Under the pieces are notes generated by a model. That model worked only from the letters and a program-made list of their open reading frames with translations, searched no databases and had not been told where the DNA came from. This document shows, piece by piece, positions 63,178-64,000 of a stretch of 64,000 bases of DNA (the first letter of the stretch is position 1; the number at the start of each line of letters is the position of its first letter). Source of the DNA: Tubiluchus corallicola (taxonomy: Eukaryota; Animalia; Priapulida); NCBI GenBank assembly GCA_030141605.1, contig JAQGDQ010000079.1, positions 186,001-250,000 on the forward strand, written 5' to 3'. A program made the translations under genes and the position numbers.

Positions 63178-64000
63178 CTGTAATGTACATTTTCATAAGT
63201 CGAAAGATGTGCTGAGATTTTTAAATCATATAACAAAACTAGGTGATAGCCATAAAGAATCATGCATACTTACTGAAAAAGAAATTAAGCAAAAATTTTT
63301 ATGGTACACAGGGTAAAAATTTTTAAGGTAAAAATTTTTACATAGTTTCTCAAATGATAAAAATGATGTTGAAGAAATGCCAATCTGGGATACAGTCACT
63401 AGTCCCAGAATATTAATTCACTTGACGAATTTATTGCAACTGGTACGTTAACAGCTTTCTAACTAGTTTTACTAACCTAGCTTTTATTCTAATAATCCAA
63501 TTTATACAAATAATATTATATCAAGCATTTCTCACATGTTCTAGATGGATACATATATTTGATGCGTATGACCAGAAACTTCTATCGTGTGGCACAGAAA
63601 AAAGCATGTATGTTCCAACTACAACAATATTAGAAGCGAGTGATCTACAAAGTTGATATTTCACAGCCTTGTATTATAATGTATTGACTTTTGGCTGTGA
63701 AAGTTACAAGATTTATGGTTTTAGTGGTTTTTAAATTTATGGCCAAAAAGCTTATGCATGCTAAAAAATTAAATGCCAGAACAATGTCAGCTAATCATTA
63801 ACTGAAAATCAACTATGTTGAGTGACGTATGAAGCACTAAATACGTGGAGCAAAACAATGAAGGAATATATCTGTTTATATCATGGTCATTACAAGAGAA
63901 AATAAAGTACAAATAAAGATGTGTCGCCAAGAAAATATAGGTCTTAATTCTTCAGATTACGGTATCTGGAATTCCCTTAAAGAGAATGACCGCACAGAGC

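Overview
AT-rich, intron-containing invertebrate (metazoan) genomic DNA; not prokaryotic, so most ORFs in the supplied track are exon fragments or noise. I reconstructed three genes by eye from GT-AG exons whose phases join into open frames. (1) A 3-exon heme transporter HRG-1/SLC48A1 on + (2384-4509, 167 aa). (2) A complete SLC5 sodium:solute symporter, most like SMIT1/SLC5A3, on - (31837-7672, about 669 aa). (3) The 3' ~1746 codons of an Sbf/MTMR5/MTMR13 pseudophosphatase (DENN, GRAM, inactive myotubularin, C1, PH) on - (63177-36467), continuing past the window end. The most notable observation is in the SLC5 gene. It carries two tandem 169-nt copies of the exon that encodes the sugar-binding/outer-gate helix; these look mutually exclusive and differ at the SGLT1 F453/Q457/T460 equivalents. 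It also carries two paralogous last exons. One gene may therefore encode transporters of different specificity. Other candidates are a double-hairpin, H/ACA-like intronic RNA, a zero-length AG|GT site and microexons in Sbf, plus several non-autonomous transposon remnants. All coordinates were counted by hand and no searches were run.
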